64,000 nucleotides of DNA from the NCBI RefSeq assembly GCF_009914755.1, contig NC_060934.1. The stretch is one strand, 5' to 3'. This DNA comes from the human T2T-CHM13v2.0 reference genome, Homo sapiens. Made by a program: the position numbers and the translations under genes. Below the pieces are notes generated by a model that saw only the letters and a program-made list of their open reading frames with translations, was not told the DNA's origin and made no database searches. Below are positions 13,184 to 27,562 of the stretch, piece after piece (position 1 is the first letter of the stretch; the number at the start of each line of letters is the position of its first letter).

Positions 13184-13745
13184 AAAGACCATGAAAAAAA
13201 CCGAGTGTGATATAATTTGCTTGGCCTGGGTCTCCGAGAACGCATTGGCACCATCTGCAACTGCTGCTAGTTAGTTAGTGGCAATGTCACCATCATGATG
13301 GATGGCTCAATAATGCCATGCCAGCTGGCAAGGCACATTTGGGGATTCAGGCTGTGTAAGTGAGATCAAAAAATTATCAAGATAGATAGCATAATAGAAA
13401 GATGGAAGGGAGTTTTGGATAAGGCGTTAAGAATTCAGTGTGTACGTGCGTGCGTGTGTGGTGCTGGCACGTTACAGGGAGGTAACAACGATCGGTGGAT
13501 CGTTGTTGGAGCTGGAATCCCCCCAGCCTTGTGTGACCACATAACTTTCACAGGTTCTAGCCCTCTCTCTCTCCAGTAAACCCAAACCTGACGTTACTCA
13601 TGGGAAATTTGGACAGGCTGACACCTGGAATCTTCCTGGGGTTTTGCAGAAACTCTAAAGGAAACTCTGGAATGCCATATGCAGGACGTGCCTCCACCCC
13701 TTTCATCTTCATGACACTGCAATTTAATAAGAAAAAGAATTAACT

Positions 13746-14100
<355 letters not shown>

Positions 14101-15475
14101 TCAAATATAATCAATGTGTTTGGTGATCACCAAATTTGTAGGAAGACTTGGACAAACAGGCCCCAAGTTCACAAGAGTGAAGTCATTGTCCATGATGCTA
14201 GAAGTTATTAGTAAGAGGTATCTGCCTTCCAGAGCTGGTGACTTATTAATCAGTCATCGAGTGTGGACTGAAAGCTGCCACAGAAGGGAGCTTAAAACAT
14301 TCTGCAGATAGTTTTAAGCAGCTACCTCAGTAAGCCCTATTTTAGCATTGAGGACACTGCAGTCAGTCAGGGAGGAAAGGAAAAAAGTTCCAACCCTAAG
14401 ACATAAACCACTGTGCATTTTATACGATTTATCATTGTCAGCATACATAATTTAGAATATAAAGTTACATAATTATAACTGTTAAAAGAAGTATGTTATT
14501 ATTTATCATTTATATTGAATTTCTATAATATGCTAGTGAGTTTTGTGTTCTAGGGAAAAGCTGCTTATGGATCTGCTGGGCTAGGCTGTGTCTTCATAAA
14601 AGTAAATCATATAAAAGACTCATACTAATCCCAAAGGGACTTGGCCTCTACTGTTGACTAAGCCTCGAAGCTTAGATATGTAAACCTCATGTCCAGATCA
14701 AGGAATCAGTCAATCCTTCAGTCAATAGCACAAAGTGCTTCCTTTCTGAGAAATCTCACAGATGACTTGAGTTGGTGCATGAACTTCAGCTTCCTCTCAA
14801 AAATTCCATTCAGCTTCTTTTCTCACAGCCCAAACAACAAGCAATGTTCCACAGAAATAGTGACAGCAGAATGGTGTTATCACCACACAAAGGAAGAGTA
14901 CGGCACGAGCCTCTGTAACATGCATTCACACTTTACTAAGTGATTAAAAAAAAAAAAACCTATATTTAAATACTGGCATTGAGCTTTGAGGTTCTTGAAA
15001 GAAATGTGTTAGCTAAATGCAACATTAAGAATTCAGCTAATTTTTTAAATTTCTATTTTTTAACATGAAACACGATATAGGGAAAACTCCATTCCTCATA
15101 CGTCTACATTTCTAAATTCTCTGCAATATGATACTTTCCTAAAAATAAAGTGGAAGTGAAAACGCAGACATAATACAGCTTGCAGACGCGTGCGGAAACA
15201 CAGACGGCTATAACACACACCGGAGGATTCAGCTCACACCAACGCTGCTGTTGGGTGACCCTCCAAACCCACAATACGGCGTTGCAGAAACACACACAAG
15301 GTGTCCCGCAGAAACATTCGATTTGACATGTGTGCTTGTCCTTCTGGATTCACCAACCCTGATTTCAAGAAACAGGCCAGATCCTTGGGAGGGCCAGCCC
15401 CAGTGTCGCTTTGCCCAAGAGGCCATGGAGATTATGACGTGCACCTCCTGCTCAGAGGGTCCCAATAGGCTCTCA

Positions 15476-15874
<399 letters not shown>

Positions 15875-16678
15875 CTAACCCAAAGGTAAAGCTCCCTGTG
15901 AATAACCGAGGCCTGGTCACCGCGAGTCCCTGCGGGGGGTGCGGGACACTCAGGGGCTCTTGGGGTCTTTCCACGAGGCAGGCCGCTCCCATCCCAGGGG
16001 TGCCCCGCAGGACATGGCGAGTCCACGCCAGGCACAGCGGCAGTCTTGCTCCCTGGACTTTGGCTGTTTGCTGGGCTTCCCATGGTTTTGGGTGCTGGGC
16101 TTTGTCATGTTCTCTGCTCTGGGATCACTGGAGGATTTGGGTGCCCACAGGGCCCCACTTCTTGGGCCCCTCTGCCACCTCCCCGCAGTGTCCACCAAGG
16201 CTTCTGCCTGCCCCCGGCTGCAGAGCACATTCAGTGAGAGTGGTCGTCAGGGCAGGGGGATGCTGGGGGCGTCCTGGAACACCAAACACACCCTTGGCCT
16301 GGTTGTGGGGAGGGAGTGCTATGGAACTTCCTGCCCGGGGTCCCTGGTAGGATTCTTGTCTCCAGAACAGAAAGATGAGGACAATATGGTGATTCAATTG
16401 TTTCTGTTGTTGTTTCCATGTGGGTTTAATTCATCTGGAGAGCTGTTTCCTATTCCCAGCCCATGTCACTTCTGCTCTGTGGGGTCTGCCGGTCTTGGGG
16501 GAGTCGTAGGAGTGTGCGGCTGTCCACTTCTTCAGTGCTTGCTCCTCCTCAGGAAAATAAAAGTTGGCAACACCATACATCCTGCTGTTTCTCAAATGTT
16601 ATTTGAAATTTTGCTGGTATTTGAAACACAAACATCTGTTTCATAAGAATCTCAAATGATCTTAAAATGCCAGAGAAT

Positions 16679-16971
16679 GGGACAGGCACAGTGGCTCATG
16701 CCTGTAATCCCAGCACTTTGGGAGGCCAAGGCGGGCGGATCATGAGGTCAGGAATTTGAGACCAGCCTGTCCAACATAGTGAAACCCCGTCTCTACTAAA
16801 AATATAAAAAATTAGCTGGGTGTGGTGGCAGGCACCTGTAATCCCACCTACTTGGGAGGCTGAGGCAGGAGAATTGCTTGAACCCAGGAGGTGGAGGTTG
16901 TAGTGAGCCAAGATTGCACCATTGCACTCCAGCCGCCTGGATGACAGAGCGAGACTCCGATTTTAAAAAAA
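16679..16971 (+). mobile_element. Full-length AluS (Sg-like)
   Basis: Two Alu arms; TSD-like AAAATGCCAGAGAATG / AAAAAGCCATAGAATG. Confidence 0.95.
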
Positions 16972-17434
16972 GCCATAGAATGAGGCCCCAAGCTCACCTC
17001 CTGCTTCTTCTATGTGCAGAGAAAATGCAGTTTCCTTGAGATTGTTTTAAGGTCATGATAAAATCAAGCAAGATATCATCAGACTCTTCTAAAATCAGCA
17101 ACACCGAGGGAAGTCTGAACACCAGGCTTGATTAATCTCTACCCAAAACAACACTCCCAACAGGCAGGTCTGACACGGGCGTTGGCATTTGAGCTTTTAG
17201 CTGGTGGGAGTTACTTCAGCAAATGTGTGAGCAGCTCAGTCCTCCCCTGGGGACTGTGCCCTGCAGGACACAGGCAATTTCGTCCAAAACTAGGCATCAG
17301 CCTGCAGCCTTCAAGTTGCTTCCCAAAGTCAGAAATGACTGGCAGCCATGAGAGCCAGTCGCTTTCCTTGTCTCATTAGAGGTGGTTCAGTGGATAACCA
17401 GCCCCACCCAGCCATGCAGCTGTAACAGGAGAAG

Positions 17435-17535
17435 GTGTGCATGTGCACACACACAGGCACACACATGCTCACATGCACACATGTGCACACACACAGGCAC
17501 ACACATGCTCACATGCACACATGTGCACACACACT
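17435..17535. repeat. CA-rich repeat with a 40-bp internal duplication
   Basis: ATGTGCACACACACAGGCACACACATGCTCACATGCACAC twice, plus a partial third copy. Confidence 0.85.
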
Positions 17536-17571
17536 CCATCACATCAATGTAAAATTTATATAAGAAAAGTG

Positions 17572-17878
17572 GGCCAGGCACGGTGGCTCATGCCTGTAAT
17601 CCCAGCACTTTTGGAGGCCGAGCCAGATAGATCACCTGAGGTCAGGAGTTCAAGACCAGTCTGGCCAACATGGTGAAACCCCAAATCTATTAAAAAAACA
17701 AAACATTAGCCAGATGTCATGGTGGGCACCTGTAATCCCAGCTAGTCAGGAGGCTGAGGCAGAAGAATTGCTTGAACACAGGAAACGGAATTTGCAGTGA
17801 GCCGAGATAGCTCCACTGCATTTCAGCCTGGACAACAGAGCAATACTTCATCAAAAAAAAAAAAAAAAAAAAAAAAAG
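17572..17878 (+). mobile_element. Full-length AluS (Sx/Sq-like)
   Basis: GGCCAGGCACGGTGGCTCATGCC start, ATCACCTGAGGTCAGGAGTTCAAG, long A tail. Confidence 0.95.
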
Positions 17879-17895
17879 AGGAAAGTGAAGGGCAA

Positions 17896-18205
17896 GACCT
17901 GTTGCAGTGGCTCATGCCTGTAATCCCAGCACTTTGGGAAGCTGAGATGGGAGGATCACTTGAGTCTAGCAGTTTAAGACCAGCCTGGACAACATAGTGA
18001 GACCCCATCTCTACAAATTTTTTTTAATTGGCCAGGTGTGATGGTGCATGCCTGTGGCCCCAGCTACTCAGGAGGTTAAGGTGGGAGAATCACTTGAGCC
18101 CAGGAGGTCATGGCTACAGTGAGCTATGATTACGCCACTGTACTCCAGCCTGGGTGACAGAGCAAGACCCCATTTCAAAAATAAATGACAGCAACAACAA
18201 AAAAA
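17896..18205 (+). mobile_element. AluJ directly downstream of the AluS
   Basis: J-type GGAGGATCACTTGAG and CAACATAGTGAGACCCCATCTCTACAAA; flanks AAAGTGAAGGGCA / AAAGTAAAGGGCA. Confidence 0.93.
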
Positions 18206-19627
18206 GTAAAGGGCATATCTTGGTGGAACCTCTTAAGATTAATACTTTACAGTTATAATTTGTTATTTCTATCCTTTCCCCAGGAGAGATAAAAAATCAC
18301 TGGATGTGCTTGAGTGCTTGAAGGACTAAGGCCTAAAACAGGGCATTTGGCTTCAGTTCTTCTAGAATCTGGAAGATAGGTCCACAGCTGGGCTGGCCTT
18401 CCTCAAAATCCCCTGCTGGAGAAATGGGGCGTAAGTATTGACCTTGTTTAGCTCAATCAGGGTAAAGCCGTCCAAGGCAAGGATGGACGTGTCTCTCCAG
18501 GCGATGCAGGTATTTTGGGTCCCAGCCCCACCATCAGCCTGCTCCTCTCAAAGTGGCACCTGGGTGTTTGGGGCTCAGGGCCTTCCTGACCTCACAGCAC
18601 TGCTGGGGGAGGGCTCCCCAATGCCCAGAGATCCTTCATTTATGATGTGACTCCCTCAACTATCTCAGCCAGAGAGGAAGCTGACAGCCAGCCGCCCAAG
18701 GGACCCCCCACTGCCTTTGCTTTGGGGCCTCCTCACTCCCACTCCAGCAGCAGGTCCCACAAAAGGCCGGCCACCTCTCCAGGCAGTTTTCAGTGACCAG
18801 GAGCTGAGGAAGGCACAGATGGGCAAGCTCCCTGCTCCCTGTGCTGCCAGCTTCTGCAGCTGTGGGCTGCCCAGAGGCCCAAGAGGAGGCCCCGCTGAGA
18901 GGATGCACCTCTCCCTCCTCTAGTGAGGCCCCACCTTGGGACCTCCACCACCCCCACAGGCTCCTTCTCTTCATCACAACCCCATCCAGAGACGCAGGTT
19001 TCCTTCGACTTCCTCCCGGAGGAGGGCAGGAACCAAGAGCAGAGAGAATGCCCACACCAGGCATGGGAGGACTCCTGGGACCTGCACCAATCAAGCCTGG
19101 GCCCTGCCCCACCCCCCACCACCATAAATTCAGAACTAACATTAGAAAATCCTTGCTGTTTCTGGCAATTCATGGCTTTCAAGCATTTTGTCTAATTGCA
19201 CAGTTTTATTTTGAATATCTGAAGCTGTGCATTAACACTGTGCTTTCTTTACATTCTTTCTGTAAAAAAACCCTAATTCTCCTACCACTCAGTGCAACTC
19301 AAGACAGAGGCGCCTTACGATCACCAAGGAAAAACTCATGCATTTAAAAAAGGCTAAAAGAAAAGTACTTCAGTCGTTTTTTAGAAACATCATGCTGTGT
19401 ACATTTGTATTCTCACTTCTTAAGCCGCTATCATTCCAGTGTCTCTTCTCTTGGGCAATTGTGCCAACCACATTACGTTATTTTCCAAGTTTAGGGTGAG
19501 CTCCCCCACTGAGCCCTGTAGGTAGGTCTGGTGCCTTCAGCCATGGCAAAACAAGGAAGTTTCTGCGTCCTCCTGGAGCCAACTGAGGCCTCAATGTCCC
19601 TGCTGCCTGGATGCCATCCTGAGACAG

Positions 19628-20014
19628 TGTATGAGTCCATTTTCACACTGCTATGAAGAACTGCCCGAGACTGAGTAATTTATAAAGGAAAGAGGTTTAA
19701 TTGACTCACAGTTCAGCAGGCTGCACGAGAGGAATGGCTGGGGAGGCCTCAGGAAACTTACAATTGTGGTGGAAGCTGAAGGGAAAGCAAGGCAGCAGGA
19801 AGGAAAATGATGTGGGAAGAGCTACCAAACACTCACTTAGAAAACCATCAGACCTCCCGAGAACTCACCATCAGGAGAACAGCACGGGGAAAACCGCCCC
19901 ATGATTCAATCACCTCCATGATTCAATCTCCCTTGACACCTGGGCATTATAGGGATTACAGGGATTACAATTCAAGAAGAGATTCTGGGTGGGGACACAG
20001 CCTAGCCGTGTTCA
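19628..20014 (-). mobile_element. MaLR solo LTR (MSTA/THE1D-like)
   Basis: TGTATGAGTCCATTTTCACACTGCTATGAAGAAC...GAGGTTTAATTGACTCACAGTTC...GGGAGGCCTCAGGAAACTTACAAT...GGGTGGGGACACAG. Confidence 0.88.
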
Positions 20015-20199
20015 GCAGCATCCAGGTGTCCAGGTGCAGACATGTGCTCCTGTTCGAAACGGGGAAGCCAGTGGATGCAGAGCCGTGAGCACCGAGGGCC
20101 TCCCACATTTAGGAGAGGAAGGCTGGTGTCCCTGTGAGAACACATGCTAGTCCAGAGTAAGGAAAAGACGGCCCCGTCCCATCTGCAGGGTTGAGCCAG

Positions 20200-21265
20200 T
20201 TCCAGAACTCGCACGTAGACCGCAGAGAGCAAAGCCGGGTGGCCTGGCGCCATCGCGTGATGCAGACTATTGTGAACGGCCTGCTCTGGAGGCGCAGAGA
20301 GGCGGGAGGTGGATGGCGCTGAGGGGAGGGGGTGTAGGCGGAGCACCAGCAGCCAGACCCTGGCAATGACGAAGGCTGCCCGACTGACCGCTTAGCTGGG
20401 AGCTCTGCTCAGCCTTCCCCTGCAGACGCCATGACCTTCACAGGACCCTGCAAGGCGGGGCTGCAGTGGCCTGGGCCCTGAGGGGAGGCCCAGAGCAGGG
20501 ACAGGTTCTGAGCTCTGCAGCGGCGCTCCTCCCCGGCCCCTCTGGCCTCTGAACCAGCTGCCATTGTAAGCTCTGGGCCCCGCTGGCACTCCCATGCCCT
20601 GGGAAGAAGCAGCCACTGATGGCCGGAGGATGGAGCACAGTGTCGCTGACTCTCCGCCGTGCTGCCCGGACTCCCGGGTGGAGGGAAGCGCCGGGATGCT
20701 CCACAGACTGCAGGCTTCCTGCTCCGCCCCTGCCCTGTGCCCCGGGACCCCCTGGAGCATGCCAGCCAGGACATGACCTCCAGCTGCCAATCACTCTTCC
20801 CTCCCAGGCAGTGCTGTGTCTTCCAAATGCACAGCCCTGACTCGCGCCACCTCCCCGGCCTGGGGTGCTCACTACCCCTGTGCTCCTCCCGCTCCTCCCT
20901 GCCTGGAGTTCCACCCACCACAGCTGGGACTGCCCTTAGGGGTATCGGCTCCTCAGCCCCCAGGCTCTCAAGGCCGGAATCACGCTTTGTGGGGAGTTAA
21001 GATAGCGGAGCTCAATCCAACTGGGCTGTGGCGGGTGAAGGCTCGTCCCTAGCTCTGAGATGCACGTGCCAGACTCACTGGACCCTGACAGCCCAGAAGC
21101 TCAGTGCGACCCTGCCCCCAGCTGCAGGCAAGCCCCGCCTGTCACGGAAGAGCTGCGCCAGCTTGCTCATGCTTCTCCCTCGGCCCCTCCCACGGCCTCA
21201 GTTTGAACCGCCATCCGTGCAGGTTGTAGTACCCACATCTACGTCCAGAGGGCGCTGTCGGGATT
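20200..21265. promoter_or_regulatory. GC-rich, CpG-enriched unique segment (weak CpG-island-like)
   Basis: Visibly more CG dinucleotides than the flanks (e.g. GGCGCCATCGCGTG, CGGCGCTCC, CTCGCGCC); the ratio was not computed. Confidence 0.45.
21225..21257 (+). promoter_or_regulatory. Candidate CTCF site with upstream (U) module
   Basis: TGTAGTACC, 5-nt spacer, then CTACGTCCAGAGGGCGCTG; the core matches CCASYAGRKGGCRS except at two 5' positions. Confidence 0.6.
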
Positions 21266-21303
21266 AAAAGTTTGAAGTACTCATTTTGGTGTTTGGTTTA
21301 TAG

Positions 21304-21632
<329 letters not shown>

Positions 21633-22610
21633 CAGATTCCTTGAGGGCATCGGGAGCAGCACAGCCCATGCTCACCTCCCCAGCCTCGCCTGCCTCTGTA
21701 ATTTGCACCATGTGGCAGCTGCCGGCAGAGCCAGTCCCTCAGTAACTGGTCGCTCCCCATATGCTGAGAACCTTTAATCATCCGAAGCCCCGGTACCCAT
21801 TACGGCTTTTCCCCTGGTACAGATGGTTCCTGGAGTACTTTTTACTTTGATTTAAATACCTGTGCTTGTTCTTGGCTTTAAAAAAAAGAAAAGCCTTTTT
21901 TGGTTCATTTCTGTGTGGTATTCTGGAATATGAATATGCATCCCATTATCATAATTGTCTGGCTTTTAACATGCTTTCGCCTATGTGGAAGTTGCTTATT
22001 CTAAAATCTTTAACCAACTGTCAAACGGCCATTCTGTCTCAGTATAAATGTCTCTATTGCAAGCAACAGCGCAAATGTAAACTGTGGCTAAACATTGTAC
22101 TTCAGATTATAATTGGGTTCAATTAATTTCACTAAAACAAACTCTTGGCAGTAAAAGTCGCATGCTTCTTGATAAAATGTCTGTACAGATGACTGAGATA
22201 GAGAGTGATGAGGACTCTGTTATGAAACCGGGAGCTGACTCTCCCATTTTAACTGCCGTGCGGGAAGCAGATAATCATCCTGCAGCTGTAGGGAGGTTGG
22301 AGAGGTCTCGGGATGGAGACAGGGGACCAGGAGGTTCCTGGCGTGAAGCCTCAGAGGTCATCTCCACCGCAGTTCTTCATGGGAGAGAATGGGATGCTTG
22401 CAGTGACTGCTGTGGTCCAGTGACTACACGGACTCTAGTTTTACCCCATGGAGGAGCCGGGGTGTCATGTGTGGCCTGTGCAACCCTGATATCTGCAAAG
22501 CTTATTTGTAACTTCAGATCAGCTTTCTCTCTCTCTCTGTTTCAAAGTTTATAATAAGGGCTCCCTGTATGTTGGTGTCATTTCCAGCCTCAAGGTTGTC
22601 AAAGAGTTAA

Positions 22611-22925
<315 letters not shown>

Positions 22926-25084
22926 CTAAACCGATGCTGTGTTCCACTAGGGCTGTTTCTGCTGGATGGTGTCCTAATTAAGCCAAAGAATTTTTAGACG
23001 AAGCAAAGCACAACTGCTTCTGATTGTGAGTTTACATCTCTGAATGTTAAGCTTTCCTAAAACAGGACATAGATTTTTATACATCCAATTGTCCATCTTA
23101 AAAAATTCTGGCAAAATGTTGTATTTGAATAATTTTTCTTACTCAAATGTGGAGATGCGGAGGTGATTAACCTCAACTAGTTGTTTTGAATATAAAAATG
23201 ATGTAATCATGCTGATGACTAGGTTGCCTTTGTGAAACGTGACCCTCCGTGGAGGAAGTAGCCCCAGTGTTTCAGGCAATTGGATCAATTTTGCAGCAAC
23301 ACATTTATCTCATGCCTGACAGGAGCATTTCAAAGCGAACATACTGGAAAGCATCACTAAATTGAACTCAAATGTGCTCAGGTGCTGGGAGGTTAATAAT
23401 CTCGGAGGGCTGGACCTGAAGAGGAGAGTATCAGTGCAAGAACCGCCCATCAATGCCCGTGCGGCCGCAGGGAACTCAGAAGCGAAGGGTGTGAAATTTA
23501 ACCACTTCTGACGCCGCTGTTGTGTTCTGTGGTCCAGCGTCTTCAGCTGTGCCCAGAGCAGGCCCTCAGGGATCAGGTCCATCAAAGCACAACTGCTGCA
23601 TGGACAGACAGACATCCCATCAACTCCGATCTGCTGCACCACGGAGGGCTGGCTTCCAAACTCTCCTAGACAGATGACTTTCTTTAAAATGTGCTTAAGA
23701 AAGAAAAGTGACTGAACTCTCAGAATGTACAACTGCATGTTAATGCTTTTCTGTCAAAATATCACACTGTCTAGACTTAGCTTAATCTTGGGCTTTGAAA
23801 ATCCATCTCTGAATCTGTATTCCAGAAAGGCTGCTTTTACAAAATGTATTAAATTTGAAGCGGAAAGCCAATAATTGCAATGTTTGAAGATTCAATTTAA
23901 ATACAAAAGTGGCCAAGAGCAATCCCAGGGGAATCCAGGTGAGGAATTTCAGCTCTTGCGAAGTCTTAGTCTTAATGTTTTTAATATTTAAAAACACAAA
24001 AAAAAGTCATTCCTCCCTTTGAAAGGTTTCAGTGTGCCCAGACAACTCTCAGCGGTGATTCTCATGATAAGGGTGCACGGTGAGTTTCATGTGGGCCCTG
24101 GGATCTATGTAAGCTGAATGCACTGGGGGTATTGCAGCCCTGATAGCTGCATTAATATATGCGGCTCTCCAGGTATGTGCTGGGGTGGGAGTGTGTTACC
24201 CAAGGCGGGAACAGACTCATTTCCTTTCGGAAATAGCAAGTGTTTCTCAAGAGCATCTCCCAGAACAGCTCACAATGGGCTTTGCTGACATTTCAACTCC
24301 TCTCACAACTGCTTATTTCATAGCATCTTAGAGTTTCTAGTTAAAGATGGAACGTGGACAATTGAATGCTGTCTGCAATGCTGTCTGACTCACAAAGTGA
24401 GTTCGCTCTAACACTAAGGGGAGTCCATGTCCCTTGAGAAGTTGCCCTTTTGGCTCCAAGTCACTTGTCAGACAGAGGGGGGATCCTGGAGGACACCCTT
24501 GTGGGTGCAGTGGCGTCATGCTCCAGCTGTAGCTGTGACTTCCTGGAGTTAGATGGGCCAGGCCAGTGTGACATGGGGAAGCTGTGCCCTGGCGGGTCAC
24601 CTCCAGCTAAGAGATGCCTCCTTTGTCCACCCCAGTGTGTAGAAATAGCGTTGTGTGTTTCATAACAGAAAACACTGGCAGCACTTCCTTAGAGAACCAG
24701 TGGAAGATGAAAGTGGATGGCAGATACAGAAGACAGAAAAGACAAGCCGATGAGAGGGTTTGCACCAAAGCTGGGTACCTTGTTCTCTGGCCACGCCAGG
24801 GAGGACAGTGATGGAAGTCATGGTGGACACTGGCCAGGGAGGCAGGTGGCTCGGGCAGGGCCTCCTGAAAGGCGCTGTCCTCAGATAACGGGAAACATGT
24901 GACTTGTGCCAGGAAAAAGGAGAAAGGGCAAATAGGAGATGATGGAGTCCCGAGAAGCTGTTAAGACTCTGCTCAGACCACAGAATGACGCCCAGAGATG
25001 GGCTATCGCAAGCACCACAGAGCTGGGGGGTTCCCTCTGTCCAAATATTAATGTCCAAATATTAACCTTGATGCTGTCTGAATA

Positions 25085-27562
25085 CTAATAGCTTTACTGA
25101 TGCATAATCTGCATTTCCTTAAAAAGTGGGCAGTGCAGTGATTTTTTAGTAAATCCACAGACTTGTCCAACCATCTCCACAAACCAGTTTTAGGACATTT
25201 CCAGCATCCCCAGAAGTTCCCTCATACCTATTTCCAGTCAATCATAGGTCCCACAACCCAGCCCCGGAAAACCTCCTAGCTTTCTTTTCAGTCTCATAAA
25301 TTACACACATGATGCCCCGGATATGTCCTAGAAGTGGAATCATGTTGTGTAGCCTTTTGCATCTGACTTTCCATCTTCATTTTGAGCTCTCACCCACAAT
25401 GTATGAGAGTCTGACCTGTTTGAGGTTTAGCATATATTAGCAGTTCATTCCTTTTTGTTGCTAAACAGTATCCCATTGTAGGACTATCCCGCATTTTATT
25501 TATGTCACCAAGTTATGGACATTTATATCGTTTCCAGTTTTAGAAATTATGAATGATGCTGGTGTGCACATTTATGTACAAGTTTTTGTGTGGACACAGG
25601 TATGCCTTTCTCTTGGGGAGGGTCTAGGGGGTGAATCACTGGGTTATGTTATAAGCACATGTTTAACTTTCTAAGAAACTGCCCAACAAGTTTCCAAAGT
25701 GACTATACCATTTCACATTCTCACCAGGAATGCATGGGGGCCCACTTCTCCTCACTCATGACAACACTATATTGCCTGTATTTTTCATCATAGCCAGCCT
25801 TGTAGGTTTGCAAGTGTGTCTCATTACAATTTACATTTATAAATGCAAATTTAACTTGCATTTCCCCAATGACTAGTAGCATTGCACACCTTTTCAGGTG
25901 CTTTTCAGCCATTGACATATTTTCTTACGTGACGTGGCTATTGAGAGCTTTTGCCCATTTTTATCAGGTATTGGTCTCGTCAAGTTGTAAGAGTTCTTTA
26001 CGTATTTTAGATGTAAGTTGTTTACATAAAGTATAATTTAAAAATATATTCTCTGAGTCTATGCTGTGTTGTTTCATTTTCTTAATGATGTCTTTTAAAG
26101 CACACAACTTTTTAATTTTAATGAAGCCTAAATTATCCATTTTTCTTTTATGAATCATATCTCTATTTGTGTACCTAAAAACTCCTTGCTTAATCCATGA
26201 TTATGAACAACCTATCCCACATTTTCTTCTAGAATTGCTAATTTCATCTCTTACATTAAATTTATAATCCAGTTTGAGTTAGTTTTTGTGAGTGGTGTGC
26301 AATAAGAAAATATATATGCATATGTTGCATATGTTTGTAGAATTGGTCCAGTATTATTTGTTGAAAAGACTGTCTTTCCCTCACTGACTTGCATTTGCAC
26401 CTCTGTTGAAAATCTCTGGATCAAATATGTAAGGTTTTACGTCTAAACTCACAATTCTATTCCACGGATATCTATGCCTCTATTTACACCGCTATACGCG
26501 GTCTTATTCTCTAAGGCTTTGCAGTAATTTCCATATAAGGTAGAGTAAGGCTTCCAAGGTTGTTCTTTTCAAAATTATTTTGGTTATTTTATGCTCCTTG
26601 CATTTTCTTATATATTTTAGGATTAACTTGTCAGTTTCTATTTTAAAAGTTTGATAGGAATTGCCTTGGCTTTACAGAGCAATTTGGGGAGAACTGCCAT
26701 CTCGATGTTGAGTCTTCTCACCATAAACATAGAATGTCTTTATTTAGTTCTCCTTTAATTTCTCTCAGCAATATGTTGTGGCTTTCCATGTACAAGTCTT
26801 ATGTGTTCTTTGTTAGATTTACTCCTAAACATTTTATTCCTTCAACGCTCTTGTGAATGGAATTGTTTTCCTAATTTTATTTCCAGATTGCTCATTGCTC
26901 ATACATAGAAATGCAATTTGTTTTTCTGTTGATCTTTTGTTGTGCAACATTTTGAAACTTGTTTGTTATCTCAGTACGTTTTTTTCTGAATTCTTTAGTA
27001 TCTTCTTTATACAGGACGGTGTCATTTTCAAGTAAAGATTGTTTCACTTCTTTTCCAATCTTGATGCCTTTAATTTTGCTGTTGCGTGACCATGCTGTCT
27101 AGAACCTCCAGTGCTTTGTTGAAGAACAATGGCAAAAGTGGGCGTCCTTGGCTTGTCCCTCAATCAGTCTTTCAGCATTAATTATGATGTTATTTGAGAA
27201 GTTTTGGTAAACGGCTTTATCAACTTAAGTAAATTCCCTTCCATTCCTGGCTCGTTAAGAGTCCTTAGTCCTGAATGAATGATGGATTTGTTAAATGCTT
27301 TTTTCTGCATCTTCTTAGATAATCACATGGATTTTGCCCTTCATTCATTAATATTATTTACCTCCTTAGTTGATTTTTAGTTGTTAAACCAACCTTGTAC
27401 TCTTGGGATGAAGCCCACCTGGTCACCAAAATCCATTTTATATATTGCAAGATTCAGTTTGCAAACATTTTGTGAAGGATTTTGGCATCTGTGCTGTGAG
27501 GAGTACTGGCCTGTCATCCTCTGTTCTTGTGATGGCTTTATCTGGCTTTGGTATCCAGGTAA
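25085..27562 (-). mobile_element. Old L1 (L1MB/L1MC-like), 3' UTR plus decayed ORF2
   Basis: Minus-strand ORF2 remnants EKHLKRCAMLLVIGEMQVK, FIKIKKLCALKDIIKKMK, DQVGFIPRVQGWFN. Confidence 0.9.

Noticed and set aside
15898-16646. ORFs of 150-235 aa in GC-rich unique DNA (also 7730-8457, 20392-21000, 27626-28279, 40785-41402)
   Set aside because: Several frames and both strands are open at once, with no recognisable domain; expected by chance at high GC
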